64,000 nucleotides of DNA from an uncultured Planctomycetaceae bacterium (GTDB lineage Bacteria; Planctomycetota; Planctomycetia; Planctomycetales; Planctomycetaceae). Shown here piece after piece: positions 1-10,172 of the stretch (within the stretch, counting starts at the first letter, position 1; every line of letters begins with the position of its first letter). The notes beneath the pieces are model-generated. The model did no database searches. It worked only from the letters and a program-made list of their open reading frames with translations, and was not told the origin of the DNA. The translations under genes were made by a program, and so were the position numbers. The stretch covers positions 352,001 to 416,000 of the forward strand of contig CAWFGE010000015.1 of NCBI GenBank assembly GCA_963815195.1, written 5' to 3'.

Positions 1-93
1 GACCAGGAAATCATGGAAACACTGGAAATGATCGATCCCGTCCCGTCAAGGCAGTTGATTTCGTACTTACGCCGTCGCGACGATAAGGAATGA
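1..93 (+). CDS. 3' end of an upstream gene (partial, unknown product)
   Basis: Open frame from base 1 (DQEIMETLEMIDPVPSRQLISYLRRRDDKE) ending in TGA at 91-93. Confidence 0.5.
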   Translation, partial: DQEIMETLEMIDPVPSRQLISYLRRRDDKE

Positions 94-193
94 CCTCCGA
101 AAAATAACGTCCTCACTATTTGGCAACAGGGAGAAGTTGTCGCCCCTTTGTGTTTTGGGGCGGGAACTTTTTCTTTTTTGATGCCCAGTTGCC

Positions 194-487
194 ATGACCG
201 CTTCCCCGCCCGAACCGCAACGTTTGTACGTGTCCCCTTTGGAATACGTTCAGCTCAGCGGACTTTCTCTTTCGACTGTTCACCGGTATCTCAAATCCGG
301 TCGGATTCCCTTCGAGCAGCCGGGTGGGCCGCGGAGTCGGATTCTCATCCCTGTCAACGCCCTCCAACAAAGGCCTTCATCTCACGATTCCGCTGAGGAA
401 CCGTCTGCGGATGCGCCTCTCACTTCGCAGTCCAACCAACGGCCATCTTCGGGTCCGCAGCCTCGCTGGATGAACAAAAGAACCTAA
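194..487 (+). CDS. Excisionase-like helix-turn-helix protein
   Basis: 97 aa with YVSPLEYVQLSGLSLSTVHRYLKSGRIP, resembling an Xis/MerR-type HTH; directly upstream of the integrase. Confidence 0.75.
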   Translation: MTASPPEPQRLYVSPLEYVQLSGLSLSTVHRYLKSGRIPFEQPGGPRSRILIPVNALQQRPSSHDSAEEPSADAPLTSQSNQRPSSGPQPRWMNKRT

Positions 488-522
488 AACGTCTGTTGTC
501 TACCAATTTGGGATAAATCATC

Positions 523-1776
523 ATGCCCAAACGAAGAAAATATGAACTGATTCAATGCCGCTATTTTCGCTGGCGTCTCAAACCGCGAAACGGGATTTGG
601 CACGCCGATGGCCGATCCAACGAAACGGATTTGGGTCGCCATTCTCTCGGAACGCGCGATGCCAGCGAAGCAAAGCAACGGCTTCAAGAACTCGATCTTG
701 TCAAAGCCGTGGAACATGGGTTGGCGAACTCCAACCAACTCAATCAAATTCCGGACGCCCCGCTGTCTCTGGAAAAGGGCCGTTTTCTCTACGAACAGCA
801 CGTGAGCCGCCCGCAGATTGTCGGGGGAGCCCGCCCCAAAACCGTGCAGCGTTACAAAGCCGTGTTGGATAAATTCTTGCCCTTTGCACTCAAAAATGGC
901 GTTCGCTGCTGGAATGATGTGGATGGGCGACTCCTGGAAAAATACGCCAAACACCTGGAAAAAGAGGAATACGCGTATCGCACGATCTATTTGGAACTCA
1001 ATACGATCAAGCAAATCGTGAAATGGCTGATTCGGGAAGGTCACTTGAAGGGCAAGACCCCCATTGATCTTCCGGTCGAAAAAGCCGACGGAACTCCCAC
1101 GTATTGTTGGCGTGCGGAAGAAGTGGAAGCCATGGTGGAATGGTGTGCCAACCATCCCGAATTGGCTTGGTTGGGCCACATCATTATTGCCCTGGCCTGT
1201 ACCGGACTTCGGATCTCGGAACTCGCATCCTTACGATGGACCGATTTAGATCTGGAGAACGAACGCGTGCGACTGACCGATGAAACCGCGGCGTCGCGGC
1301 GACAAACTGCCGACCGACGGACGACCAAAAGTGGCCGTGGACGGACCTTTCCGATCCATAGCGACTTACTCGCTGTGCTGAACACGCTGCCGAAATCCGG
1401 GCCGTTTGTCTTTTACGGGCCTCGGGGCGGTCGGGTGAAACCCGATACCATCCGCCGCATTCTGATCCGCGATGTGCTGACTCCGTTGGCTGAGCGTTTT
1501 CCCACCGCTGAAGGAGAAGTGGGTTTTGCGGAGGGTCGCCTCCACAGCTTCCGTCATTATTTTTGTTCGACCTGTGCCAACAACAATATTCCCGAACAGA
1601 TGGTGATGCAGTGGCTTGGCCACCAAGAAAGTGATATGGTGAGGCATTATTATCATTTGCATGACGAGGAAGCTCGTCGGCGAATGCGTGGATTGAACTT
1701 TTTGGGAAAGGCCGGTGGAGCGTCCACCGGCGCCCAACAACTCGAGAACGGAGGCTCCGAAGCCAAGGCGTCTTGA
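523..1776 (+). CDS. Tyrosine recombinase / phage-type integrase
   Basis: Catalytic motifs TGLRISEL (R), TTKSG (K), LHSFRH (HxxR) and WLGH...MVRHYY (H/Y); ends about 100 bp from a tRNA 3' end. Confidence 0.95.
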   Translation: MPKRRKYELIQCRYFRWRLKPRNGIWHADGRSNETDLGRHSLGTRDASEAKQRLQELDLVKAVEHGLANSNQLNQIPDAPLSLEKGRFLYEQHVSRPQIVGGARPKTVQRYKAVLDKFLPFALKNGVRCWNDVDGRLLEKYAKHLEKEEYAYRTIYLELNTIKQIVKWLIREGHLKGKTPIDLPVEKADGTPTYCWRAEEVEAMVEWCANHPELAWLGHIIIALACTGLRISELASLRWTDLDLENERVRLTDETAASRRQTADRRTTKSGRGRTFPIHSDLLAVLNTLPKSGPFVFYGPRGGRVKPDTIRRILIRDVLTPLAERFPTAEGEVGFAEGRLHSFRHYFCSTCANNNIPEQMVMQWLGHQESDMVRHYYHLHDEEARRRMRGLNFLGKAGGASTGAQQLENGGSEAKAS

Positions 1777-1783
1777 ACCAACT

Positions 1784-1817
1784 TTGGCACAGTGATTGGC
1801 ACAGTTGACTGTGCCAA
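1784..1817. promoter_or_regulatory. Putative integrase arm-type binding sites
   Basis: TTGGCACAGT at 1784-1793 and 1796-1805, plus the inverted copy ACTGTGCCAA at 1808-1817, between the integrase stop and the tRNA. Confidence 0.55.
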
Positions 1818-1874
1818 TTAAATTCGCCGCTGTAACTCGTTGTTATTTCAGCAGTTACAACGGCGGCTCAAATC

Positions 1875-1965
<91 letters not shown>

Positions 1966-2089
1966 GAATTGGGGGATAGTCTAGCATACCAGACACAACG
2001 CGTCACGCGGAGGCTCGCATTTTTTCTGCGGGGCTCGCCGGATGGCTGAGGCTGTCCCCGTGAGAATCACGCCTTGCGTTTCCGCGGGT

Positions 2090-2839
2090 TTATTTGATCG
2101 AGCTGAACGCCAGGGCGGCCAGGAGGCCTCCGAGAATCGGGGCAAGGACCGGGATCGGGGCGTAGGACCAGTCGCTGTCGCGTTTGCCGGCGATGGGCAG
2201 CAGTGCATGGGCGATGCGAGGCCCCAGATCGCGGGCGGGGTTGATGGCGTAGCCGGTCGTGCCGCCCAGACTGAGGCCGATGGCGAACACGACCAGTCCC
2301 ACGCGGATCGCCCCGAGCGAGCCCAGGCCGACTTGGATGGTTTTGGTTTCGCCCGTCAGAGCGGGGAGTTCAAACGAAGGATCCGCCGCCAGCAGCACCG
2401 CGGCCACGAGGATGAACGTGGCCACGGTTTCGCAGAAGAAGTTTCTGGAAAACGCGCGAATGTTGGGAGCGGTGCCGAACGCGGCCAGTTTGAGGTCGGG
2501 ATCGTCCGTCGCGTCGAAATGATCTTTGTAACACAGATAGACCAGCCCGGCTCCGCAGAAGGCGCCCAGCATTTGGGCGGCGATGTAACCGGGCACGAGC
2601 TGCCAATCGAATTCTCCCGCAGCCGCCAAAGCGAGCGTGACCGCGGGATTGATGTGCGCCCCGCTGAACTCGCCCACGCAGAGCACGGCGACATACACCG
2701 CGAACCCCCAGCCGGCGGTAATCACGATCCAGCCGGATTGATGGCCTTTCGTTTGATGGAGCACCACGTTGGCCACGACGCCGTTGCCTAAGAGAATCAG
2801 AATCGCCGTGCCCACCCATTCCGCGACATAAGCGTGCAT
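2090..2839 (-). CDS. glpF: MIP family channel (glycerol uptake facilitator / aquaglyceroporin)
   Basis: Two NPA motifs (SGAHINPAVT, GYAINPARDLGPR) and multiple hydrophobic helices. Confidence 0.9.
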   Translation of the reverse strand: MHAYVAEWVGTAILILLGNGVVANVVLHQTKGHQSGWIVITAGWGFAVYVAVLCVGEFSGAHINPAVTLALAAAGEFDWQLVPGYIAAQMLGAFCGAGLVYLCYKDHFDATDDPDLKLAAFGTAPNIRAFSRNFFCETVATFILVAAVLLAADPSFELPALTGETKTIQVGLGSLGAIRVGLVVFAIGLSLGGTTGYAINPARDLGPRIAHALLPIAGKRDSDWSYAPIPVLAPILGGLLAALAFSSIK

Positions 2840-2998
2840 TCGCAGCCATCCACTCGTTCAAGCGCCAAGAGATCAAAGATTTCCCGCGCTCAACACGCTG
2901 AGCCGGGCACACAATGTTTACCAAAACGGCCGGTCCCCTTAAACTATCCGCAGTGACGATCGCTGGTTTTTTTCCGGATTCTATTGATTGACCATCCC

Positions 2999-3976
2999 AT
3001 GATACGACGACCGCTTGGACAGACGGGGATCGAGATCACGCCCGTGGCGATGGGCTGCTGGCCGATTGCCGGGGTGACGAGCATCCACGTCACCGAAGCC
3101 GACAGCCTCAGGACCCTGGAAGCCGCGCTCGATGCGGGGATCAGTTTTTTCGACACCGCCTACTGCTACGGCTACGAGGGCGAAAGCGAACGCATGATCG
3201 CCCGGGCGCTCGGGCATCGGCGGGATGAGATCGTGATCGCGACCAAAGGCGGCATTCATTGGGAAACCGGCGCCGACGGCAAAAAAACGCAAGGCCGCAA
3301 CGGTTCGCCCGAAACCTTGCGGGCCGAATTGGAGGCCAGCCTCCGCCGGCTCGGCACCGACCGGGTGGAGCTATATTACCTGCATGCTCCCGATCCGCGG
3401 ATTCCGATCGAGGAATCCGCCGAAGCGATCAAGGCGTTTTTGGACGAAGGCAAAATCCGAAGCGCCGGCGTGTCCAATGTGAACGCGGAACAACTCGCAG
3501 GCTTTGCGAAAGTCTGCCCGCTGTCGGCGTATCAACCGCATTACAACATGCTGCAGCGCGAAATCGAAGACGCCGAACTCCCCTGGTGCCGGGCGAACGG
3601 CGTTTCGGTAATCGTGTATTGGCCGTTGATGAAAGGCCTCCTCGCCGGCAAGCTCGCCCGCGATCATCAATTCGACCCCAAAGACGGGCGGCGGAAATAT
3701 CCAATGTTCCACGGCAGCGAATGGGAAAAGAACCAGGATTTTCTCGATGAGCTGCGGCCCATCGCCCAAGCGCGGGGGAAATCGGTGGCGGAGGTCGTCA
3801 TCAACTGGACGATCCATCGGCCCGGGATCACGGCCGCCCTTTGCGGAGCCAAACGCCCCAGCCAAATCCGCGAGACCGCCGCCGCGATGACCTGGGAACT
3901 CTCCGCCGACGACACCCGGCAGATCGACGCCGCGATCAATCACCGCGGTCCGATCATGTCCCGCGGCGCGGTGTGA
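2999..3976 (+). CDS. Aldo/keto reductase
   Basis: FFDTAYCYG, IATKGG, SLRRLGTDRVELYYLHAPD, GVSN and YNMLQRE motifs. Confidence 0.93.
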   Translation: MIRRPLGQTGIEITPVAMGCWPIAGVTSIHVTEADSLRTLEAALDAGISFFDTAYCYGYEGESERMIARALGHRRDEIVIATKGGIHWETGADGKKTQGRNGSPETLRAELEASLRRLGTDRVELYYLHAPDPRIPIEESAEAIKAFLDEGKIRSAGVSNVNAEQLAGFAKVCPLSAYQPHYNMLQREIEDAELPWCRANGVSVIVYWPLMKGLLAGKLARDHQFDPKDGRRKYPMFHGSEWEKNQDFLDELRPIAQARGKSVAEVVINWTIHRPGITAALCGAKRPSQIRETAAAMTWELSADDTRQIDAAINHRGPIMSRGAV

Positions 3977-4000
3977 ATCGGCATCGCCGGAAAGCTCTCG

Positions 4001-4543
4001 CTACATTCCGCTCCAGGTGCCGATGACGTTGCCTTGGATCGGGTCCAGACGCTCGATTTGGACGACTTTCCAGACACCGGCTTCCTTTTGCCAGGTGAGA
4101 TTCCACCGCGTGGCGAAGTTGCTCGACAAGGTCTTTCGGAACGTTCCGCTGCCGTTGGCGTGGAAGTCGGATTGGGCCTGAGTTCCCTCGGGGTTCACCT
4201 CGACTTTGAGGCCGGTGATCCGCAGTTCCTCGAACTGGATGTCATCCACATGCGCGGCGACTTGCTGGCGGAGCGACTGGGCGTCGGCGGCGAAGTATCC
4301 CTGGACCTGTTCCTTCTCGCCGTGGCGGACGGCGTCGGCAAGCGCCAATACCCGCGATTGCACCTTTTCCGATTCGGTCTCGATCATCTCCTCGCCAACG
4401 AACACAGCGAAACCCAAGAACAGCATCCCCGCCGCCAAAAGCAAAAACACCTTGCGCCGCGTGGCATTCCAAGCCAACCCGAATACGACGGCAAACACCG
4501 CCAAAATCAACACCGGCGGCCAGGGATCTTCAGTAAACCACAT
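4001..4543 (-). CDS. Hypothetical membrane protein with NTF2/SnoaL-like C-terminal domain
   Basis: Two N-terminal TM segments; C-terminal RWNLTWQKEAGVWKVVQIE pattern. Confidence 0.7.
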   Translation of the reverse strand: MWFTEDPWPPVLILAVFAVVFGLAWNATRRKVFLLLAAGMLFLGFAVFVGEEMIETESEKVQSRVLALADAVRHGEKEQVQGYFAADAQSLRQQVAAHVDDIQFEELRITGLKVEVNPEGTQAQSDFHANGSGTFRKTLSSNFATRWNLTWQKEAGVWKVVQIERLDPIQGNVIGTWSGM

Positions 4544-4608
4544 GGAGGAAACCTTGCGAGGATGTTGAGAAGTGATGTGCCTTCAGTGTAGGCCCCGCAG
4601 AATCTCCT

Positions 4609-5263
4609 CGCAAGCGGATTCTGGATGTGAAAGACATTCCAGGTTAGAGGATGGAAGATACTCAAACTGTAAGGGGAGAGGGTGGCTGGGGCGTAAAGGA
4701 ACGGATCAAGCGAAGAACGCATTCCGAAAGCTGGGGCCATGGGATCTATTTCCCTCGCCCATCGCCCCAGGATTCGCTTGCCTCACTTTATTCATAGAGA
4801 AATCTGCCCCCAGCCACCCAACCGCAAGCGGATTCTGGATGTGAAAGACCTTCCAGGTTAGAGGATGGAAGATACTCAAACTGTAAGGGGAGAGGGTGGC
4901 TGGGGCGTAAAGGAACGGATCAAGCGAAGAACGCATTCCGAAAGCTGGGGCCATGGGATCTATTTCTCTCGCCCATCGCCCCAGGATTCGCTTGCCTCAC
5001 TTTATTCATAGAGAAATCTGCGCCCAGCCACCCAACCGCAAGCGGATTCTGGATGTGAAAGACATTCCAGGTTAGAGGATGGAAGATACTCAAACTTTAA
5101 GGGGAGAGGGGGGAGAGGGTGGCTGGGGCGTAAAGGAACGGATCAAGCGAAGAACGCATTCCGAAAGCTGGGGCCATGGGATCTATTTCTCTCGCCCATC
5201 GCCCCAGGATTCGCTTGCCTCACTTTATTCATAGAGAAATCTGCGCCCCAGCCACCCAACCGC
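4609..5263. repeat. Three tandem ~214-bp units, each containing a 140-bp palindromic MITE/REPIN-like element
   Basis: Units start at 4609, 4823 and 5037; each core is bounded by GGGTGGCTGGGGC...GCCCCAGCCACCC-type inverted repeats (e.g. 4680-4819). Confidence 0.95.
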
Positions 5264-5344
5264 TTACAGTTGTTGCATTTTGCAATCCTCTAACCTCCAT
5301 CCTCTAACCTCCATCCTTATGCTGAATGTCAGCCAGCGCGGAAT

Positions 5345-7012
5345 CTAGTTCCCGTCCTTCGCGCCGCCCAAGGTGACCGTGATTTTGTACTCGTTCTGCA
5401 AATGGGCGTGGGCCTGGCTGGCGTGGCCGTCTTTGGGATAGCGCTGGCAGACGCCTTGGAACTGTTTGATCGCCTGCTCTTTCTTCCCGGCTTGCTCCAA
5501 AGTGTAGCCGATTTGAAGGGCGGCCCACGGGGCGGTCGATTCCGAGCCGCCCACGATCTGGTTATAAAGCACGATCGCTTCGCCATATTCCTTCAAAGCC
5601 CGGTGACAGCCGGCCATCCGCTGATAGTTGCTGGGGAAGTTCGTGCATTGCCGATAGTGCCCGATGGCGAGCTTGTACTGCTGACTGCGTTCGTAATCGT
5701 AAGCGAGGTTCCACAACCATTTTTGCGTATTGTCCGCATCTTGTTTGAGGAGTTGCTGATAGACCTCGATCGCTTTGGGGAATTGGTTGTTCTCATCATA
5801 AGTCGCGGCCATTTGTTCGAGCCACTTCGGCGCGTTTTCGGGCTGATCGGCCGCCACCAGATTTTGATAGGTCCTCACCGCCAACTCGACTTTGCGCTCA
5901 TCGCGGTAGCTTCTGGCGATCTGGTTTTGGCTTTCGATCTTGTCTTGATAGAGGCCGTAAGTCTGCCGGGCTTTGTCGTACTGCTTGATCGATTTCCACC
6001 AGCCGGCATAGCGGCCCAGGATCGCATCGTCGCTGCCGAATTTTTTGAGCATCTCTTCATAGACGGCGATCACGTCTTGATCGCGGCCGGCGGCGGCATT
6101 GACATCGGCCAGATAATACCAATGCTCGATCACCTTCTGTTTTTCTTCCGGCGTCGTCTTGGCCTGCGGGATTTTCGTTTTTATATAGCCCAACGCGAAG
6201 TCGGCGAGCTTTTCTCCCTTGGCTTTGGTCTTGGAATCCGCGATCAGATTCCGCAGCACGCCGGTGACTTGTGAAACGGCGGTCCCGACGATTTGCTCTT
6301 GGTTATAGGTGGTTTCCAAGGCCTTGACGCCTTCGTTCAACGCCGCGTTTTCAAAATAGTGCCGGGCCAAATCCCGCGAGGCGCCTTCGCATATTCGGCG
6401 GATCTCGCGGTCGCTTTCGCGGTTAATATCGAAGGTCAGCTTTTTCTCTAGCTCCACGCATTCGTCGGCGTTGTTTTCCTGCGCGTTGATCTTCAGGAGT
6501 TGATCGAGCGCATACGCGGCCACATCCTGCTTGCCATAATCGGCTAAGAGTTTCTTATAAGCCTTCTTCGCCTTGGCGACTTCGCCGATGTCTTCATAGG
6601 TTTTGCCGATGTAATACGCGGCGGAGACGGCGTCCGCGGAATTGGGCCAATAATCCACCACGGACTGAAACCCGTCGGTGATTGCCGTGTGTTTGTTCTT
6701 GAGGCCCGACTGGCAAATGCTCCACTTGAGCTGCGCATAGGACGCGGCTTCGCTGCGCTCGTAAAGCGTGAGATATTTTTCATACTCCGCCGCCGCGACT
6801 TTCCAGTTTCTCTCCTTGTAGTATTTCTCGGCGATGTTGAGTTGATAGACTTCGACCTCGCGGAGTTTCTTCCAGCGGTCCACCGCCATCTCGTCCAACC
6901 GCCCCGCGCGGGCGGCCCCAACGAATGCCGTCACCAGAACAACGGTCGTCGCAAAAATCCGCCGCCAAAACCGGTGAGAGGAAAGGGCGGAAATGGTTTC
7001 GCGTTTGATCAT
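5345..7012 (-). CDS. Secreted tetratricopeptide-repeat protein
   Basis: 555 aa; signal-peptide-like N-terminus; repeated TPR helices (AAYYIGKTYEDIGEVAKAKKAY, AALQIGYTLEQAGKKEQAIKQF). Confidence 0.85.
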   Translation of the reverse strand: MIKRETISALSSHRFWRRIFATTVVLVTAFVGAARAGRLDEMAVDRWKKLREVEVYQLNIAEKYYKERNWKVAAAEYEKYLTLYERSEAASYAQLKWSICQSGLKNKHTAITDGFQSVVDYWPNSADAVSAAYYIGKTYEDIGEVAKAKKAYKKLLADYGKQDVAAYALDQLLKINAQENNADECVELEKKLTFDINRESDREIRRICEGASRDLARHYFENAALNEGVKALETTYNQEQIVGTAVSQVTGVLRNLIADSKTKAKGEKLADFALGYIKTKIPQAKTTPEEKQKVIEHWYYLADVNAAAGRDQDVIAVYEEMLKKFGSDDAILGRYAGWWKSIKQYDKARQTYGLYQDKIESQNQIARSYRDERKVELAVRTYQNLVAADQPENAPKWLEQMAATYDENNQFPKAIEVYQQLLKQDADNTQKWLWNLAYDYERSQQYKLAIGHYRQCTNFPSNYQRMAGCHRALKEYGEAIVLYNQIVGGSESTAPWAALQIGYTLEQAGKKEQAIKQFQGVCQRYPKDGHASQAHAHLQNEYKITVTLGGAKDGN

Positions 7013-8616
7013 TAGTCAGCCTCTTGTGCTCTTCGCCATTTGTCGTGCTCTGCCAGAGCATAATTGATAACATTCGTTCCGAGTTGGTAGCAGGCGTCCC
7101 AGATTTCGGGCGGCACGCCGGAATGGTCGTCGGCCCAGGCGTCGCCGATGTCGCCGGGATGATAATACGCGACCCACCGGCCGTCGACTTTCCAGCCAAG
7201 GGCGACGTTTCCGCCGTGCGGGGCGACGTAGGGCAGGCGGGGAATGGGATAGGGCACGCGGTGGATGATATCGTCGCGGGGAATCTCGACGGGGCGAACC
7301 TCGGGCAGCACGCGGTTCATCATTGCGATCAGCTGATTGTGAAAATGCCCGCTGCCGCCGTTGTCGATGAACAACATCCCGTGCTTGTCCAACAGGTATT
7401 CGCGGAGGATGGCCGTCTCGCTCTTGGACAGCGAGATGTTCCGCTGGCCGGTCATAAAGACGAAGGGCGGGCTTTTGAGCGGGGCGAAGTTTTTGAGCTG
7501 GGCGACGGTGCGGGATTCGGTTTTGTCGGCGACTTTTTGCTGCGTGCGGATGCCGTACTCGATCAGCATGTTGAGGTCCGCCCCGATGCCGAAGTCCTGG
7601 TCCCAATCGCCGCCGGTGTATTCCAGGCGGATAAACCGCACCTTGCCGGATTTTGTGCCGCTGGCATAGCCCGCCCCTTCGCCCGCTCCCTGGCCGATCT
7701 TATATGCGTGCTTGGTGACTTCCAAGAGTTGCAGCTTGACCTCGTCGATCGGCGGCACGCGGAAGTTGATCGCGCTGAAGGGGTTGACCACGAACTTCTT
7801 TTTGATGATCTTTTGGACCTTGACGACCTGGGCGAGTTGTTTTTGCTCGCCGCCGCCGGCGGGCATTTCGTACATTTCCTCGCAGCCGCCGATGTTCGAG
7901 AGCACCAGAAACATCAACAGAAACGCGAGGCTATACCCCGCGAGACCGGACAGCGATTGATTGAGTTTTCGCTGCGGGCGAGTCTGGGCGTCGGCGTTCC
8001 GCGCGGCGAGTTCCGAAACCAGCCGCGGCCAAAGGCTCGGCGAGATCAGATCGGACGCCTGCAGGTTATAGTACCAGGCATTGAGATCGAGCGGGTTCCA
8101 GATCGGCCGATCATGATAGACGACCGCAACGCCGGCTTGCACGGCCCCGCGGCTTTTGCCCGACGGCTCATCGCCTAAAAGTTTTTTCAGCCGGCGGTCG
8201 TCGTAGTCCCGGGACCTGGTTTCCATCAACCAGATGGTCCATAACAGTCCGAGAACGAAAAACCCAGCGGTGCCCAGCCGGGCAAGATGCGTCCGCAAGA
8301 CATCGAAGCCGGCTTCATCCGCGACAAACACCCCGAACTGCCAGAGGCAGGGATAAGACAGGCTGCCGACGACAATCACCCAAAACACCCGCCGGCCGGG
8401 TCTCCGCATCGCCCACACGAGCCACGCCAAACAAATCCCGGCAGCGAGCGGAAACACCAGCCAATACAGGAGGGGGACTTCGACGGGGCGATCGTTCAGC
8501 GGCAGGGCGAGGCGAATCTGCGCCAGGCGGAAGAACCACATCCAATCCGCGAGGCAGACCAGCCAGATCAGCCCGGCGAGTCCGGTGAGTATGCCCCCTA
8601 TTTTCGCGCGGTTCAT
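7012..8616 (-). CDS. Membrane-anchored DUF4159-domain protein
   Basis: N-terminal TM helices; C-terminal GGDWDQD, PFVFMTG, LREYLLDKHGMLFIDN, YHPGDIGDAW and LGTNVINYA motifs recalled as typical of DUF4159. Confidence 0.8.
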   Translation of the reverse strand: MNRAKIGGILTGLAGLIWLVCLADWMWFFRLAQIRLALPLNDRPVEVPLLYWLVFPLAAGICLAWLVWAMRRPGRRVFWVIVVGSLSYPCLWQFGVFVADEAGFDVLRTHLARLGTAGFFVLGLLWTIWLMETRSRDYDDRRLKKLLGDEPSGKSRGAVQAGVAVVYHDRPIWNPLDLNAWYYNLQASDLISPSLWPRLVSELAARNADAQTRPQRKLNQSLSGLAGYSLAFLLMFLVLSNIGGCEEMYEMPAGGGEQKQLAQVVKVQKIIKKKFVVNPFSAINFRVPPIDEVKLQLLEVTKHAYKIGQGAGEGAGYASGTKSGKVRFIRLEYTGGDWDQDFGIGADLNMLIEYGIRTQQKVADKTESRTVAQLKNFAPLKSPPFVFMTGQRNISLSKSETAILREYLLDKHGMLFIDNGGSGHFHNQLIAMMNRVLPEVRPVEIPRDDIIHRVPYPIPRLPYVAPHGGNVALGWKVDGRWVAYYHPGDIGDAWADDHSGVPPEIWDACYQLGTNVINYALAEHDKWRRAQEAD

Positions 8617-8627
8617 GCTTGGGCCTG

Positions 8628-9140
8628 TCAGTCAATCCCGTCCAGAAGTTTGTCGATGTCCGAGCCGGAATCCAGCGGGTTCTTTTTGGGGTCGGCCGCT
8701 TTGGTTTCGCCGATGCCCAGCTTGTCGGGGAGCGTGTCCACGGGATTCGCGGTTGCCGGTTCCGTGCCGGCCTGGGGCGGCGCGGCGGCGGCTTGCTTCG
8801 CGGGCGAGTCGGGTTTCTCCGCGGGGGCTTCGGCCTGTTGGGTTTTCGCCGGCTTCGCGGACGCCGCGTCCGCCGAGAGTCGATTGAGCGCATAGGGGAT
8901 GACCGAGCCCACGACCAACAGCACGATGCACCCGATCGTCGCCAGCACGATTCCCGAGGCCAACCCGCTTTGGGCCACGACGCCCAGGACCTCCTGCGGA
9001 CTCTTGCCTTGGACGCTTTTGAGAAATTCGCGAATCTCGGCCGCCGACGCCTGGCCGTTTTGCCGCAAGTGTTTCAGTTCGCCGCCGACGCCCGGCCGCG
9101 TGGGTGCCGGCTCGTTCAAGCGGTCTTTAATGCTCGACAT
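8628..9140 (-). CDS. Hypothetical bitopic membrane protein
   Basis: 170 aa, one TM segment followed by an Ala/Pro/Lys-rich linker; tightly packed in the operon. Confidence 0.75.
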   Translation of the reverse strand: MSSIKDRLNEPAPTRPGVGGELKHLRQNGQASAAEIREFLKSVQGKSPQEVLGVVAQSGLASGIVLATIGCIVLLVVGSVIPYALNRLSADAASAKPAKTQQAEAPAEKPDSPAKQAAAAPPQAGTEPATANPVDTLPDKLGIGETKAADPKKNPLDSGSDIDKLLDGID

Positions 9141-9257
9141 GATGAAATACTTCCTCGGTGGGATGGTTTTCTTTTTTCTTCAAGATGGGGGATCCAATTT
9201 TGTTGGATACGATCATAGGGCTTACGCGGGCACCGACCGTAGGTTGGTCGGCTCGCC

Positions 9258-9658
9258 TTATTTCTCTTCATCTAAAATGTGCACGATTTCGCCGCCGGCT
9301 TCGCTGACGGCTTCGATAATCGGCTCAAACCGCTGGGCCTGGGCTTCCTTGTGAATTTTGAGGAGCACGGTGCGGTCGCCCGCGGGCTTGTTTTTGAGGA
9401 GGTTGTCGATCCGGCCGCTGAGCTGGGCGATGCCCAGTTCCTTCCCGTTGAGGTACAGCCGATTGTCCTTGTCCACGACGATGCTCACCAGCGAATGGCC
9501 CGCGCTTTCCAGATCGGCGGCCTTCGCGGGGTTCCATTTCAGATGGCTGTCGTCCTGGCGCGGGCCAGGATCACGAAAAAGATCAACAGGTTAAATGCAA
9601 TGTCCCCCATCGCCATGCTGGGCACTGTCGCCTGGGAGGTTCGCCGTTTGATTTTCAT
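9258..9658 (-). CDS. exbD: ExbD/TolR family protein (one frameshift near 9560)
   Basis: MKIKRR...SMAMGDIAFNLLIFFVIL (conserved TM Asp) joins SIVVDKDNRLYLNG...VLLKIHKEAQAQRFEPIIEAVSEAG in another frame. Confidence 0.85.
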
Positions 9659-9740
9659 GGGACTGATGTGGTTAAGCGTTGAGACTGAAGCAAAAAGAGG
9701 ATTAAGATTAAGAGTATGATTAAGATTAAGATTAACAGAT

Positions 9741-10169
9741 TTACTCAGGCAGTTGGACGGTGCGTTCTTCTTCGAGTTGGAGGGTGATGATCCCGCCCGC
9801 GTCTTCGATTGAGGACGTGACTTTGATCCAGTGGTCATAGGGCACGTCGGGTTTGCTTTTCACAATCACCACGCGGTCGTCGGGCCTGGTTTTGCCCGCG
9901 AGCTTCTGCTGAATATAGGCCTGGAGCCGATCCACGGGCACGGGCTCGGCGTTGACCGCGACGGTGGTGCGGGTGAGATCGACCTTCAGGTTTTCCGTCT
10001 GCTTTTGCTCTTCGACCGTTTCGCTTTTGGGGAGCGTCTGTTTGCGGCCCGTGTCCGGCTGGACCGAGGCGCACACCAGAAAGAACACGATCAGGTTGAA
10101 TGCAATGTCCCCCGTCGCGCTCGCGGGCGATTCGATGAGCAGGTTCTGCTTGCGTCGGCTGCGCTTCAT
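9741..10169 (-). CDS. exbD: ExbD/TolR family protein
   Basis: ATGDIAFNLIVFFLV TM segment with Asp; VVIVKSKPDVPYDHWIKVTSSIEDAG periplasmic motif. Confidence 0.88.
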   Translation of the reverse strand: MKRSRRKQNLLIESPASATGDIAFNLIVFFLVCASVQPDTGRKQTLPKSETVEEQKQTENLKVDLTRTTVAVNAEPVPVDRLQAYIQQKLAGKTRPDDRVVIVKSKPDVPYDHWIKVTSSIEDAGGIITLQLEEERTVQLPE

Positions 10170-10172
10170 GGA

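Noticed and set aside
194..1776. Prophage within the window
   Set aside because: Only integrase and xis-like genes are visible; no structural phage genes, so the element type cannot be determined.
4609..5263. CRISPR array
   Set aside because: Units are about 214 bp and the linkers are nearly identical, so there are no unique spacers; no cas genes.
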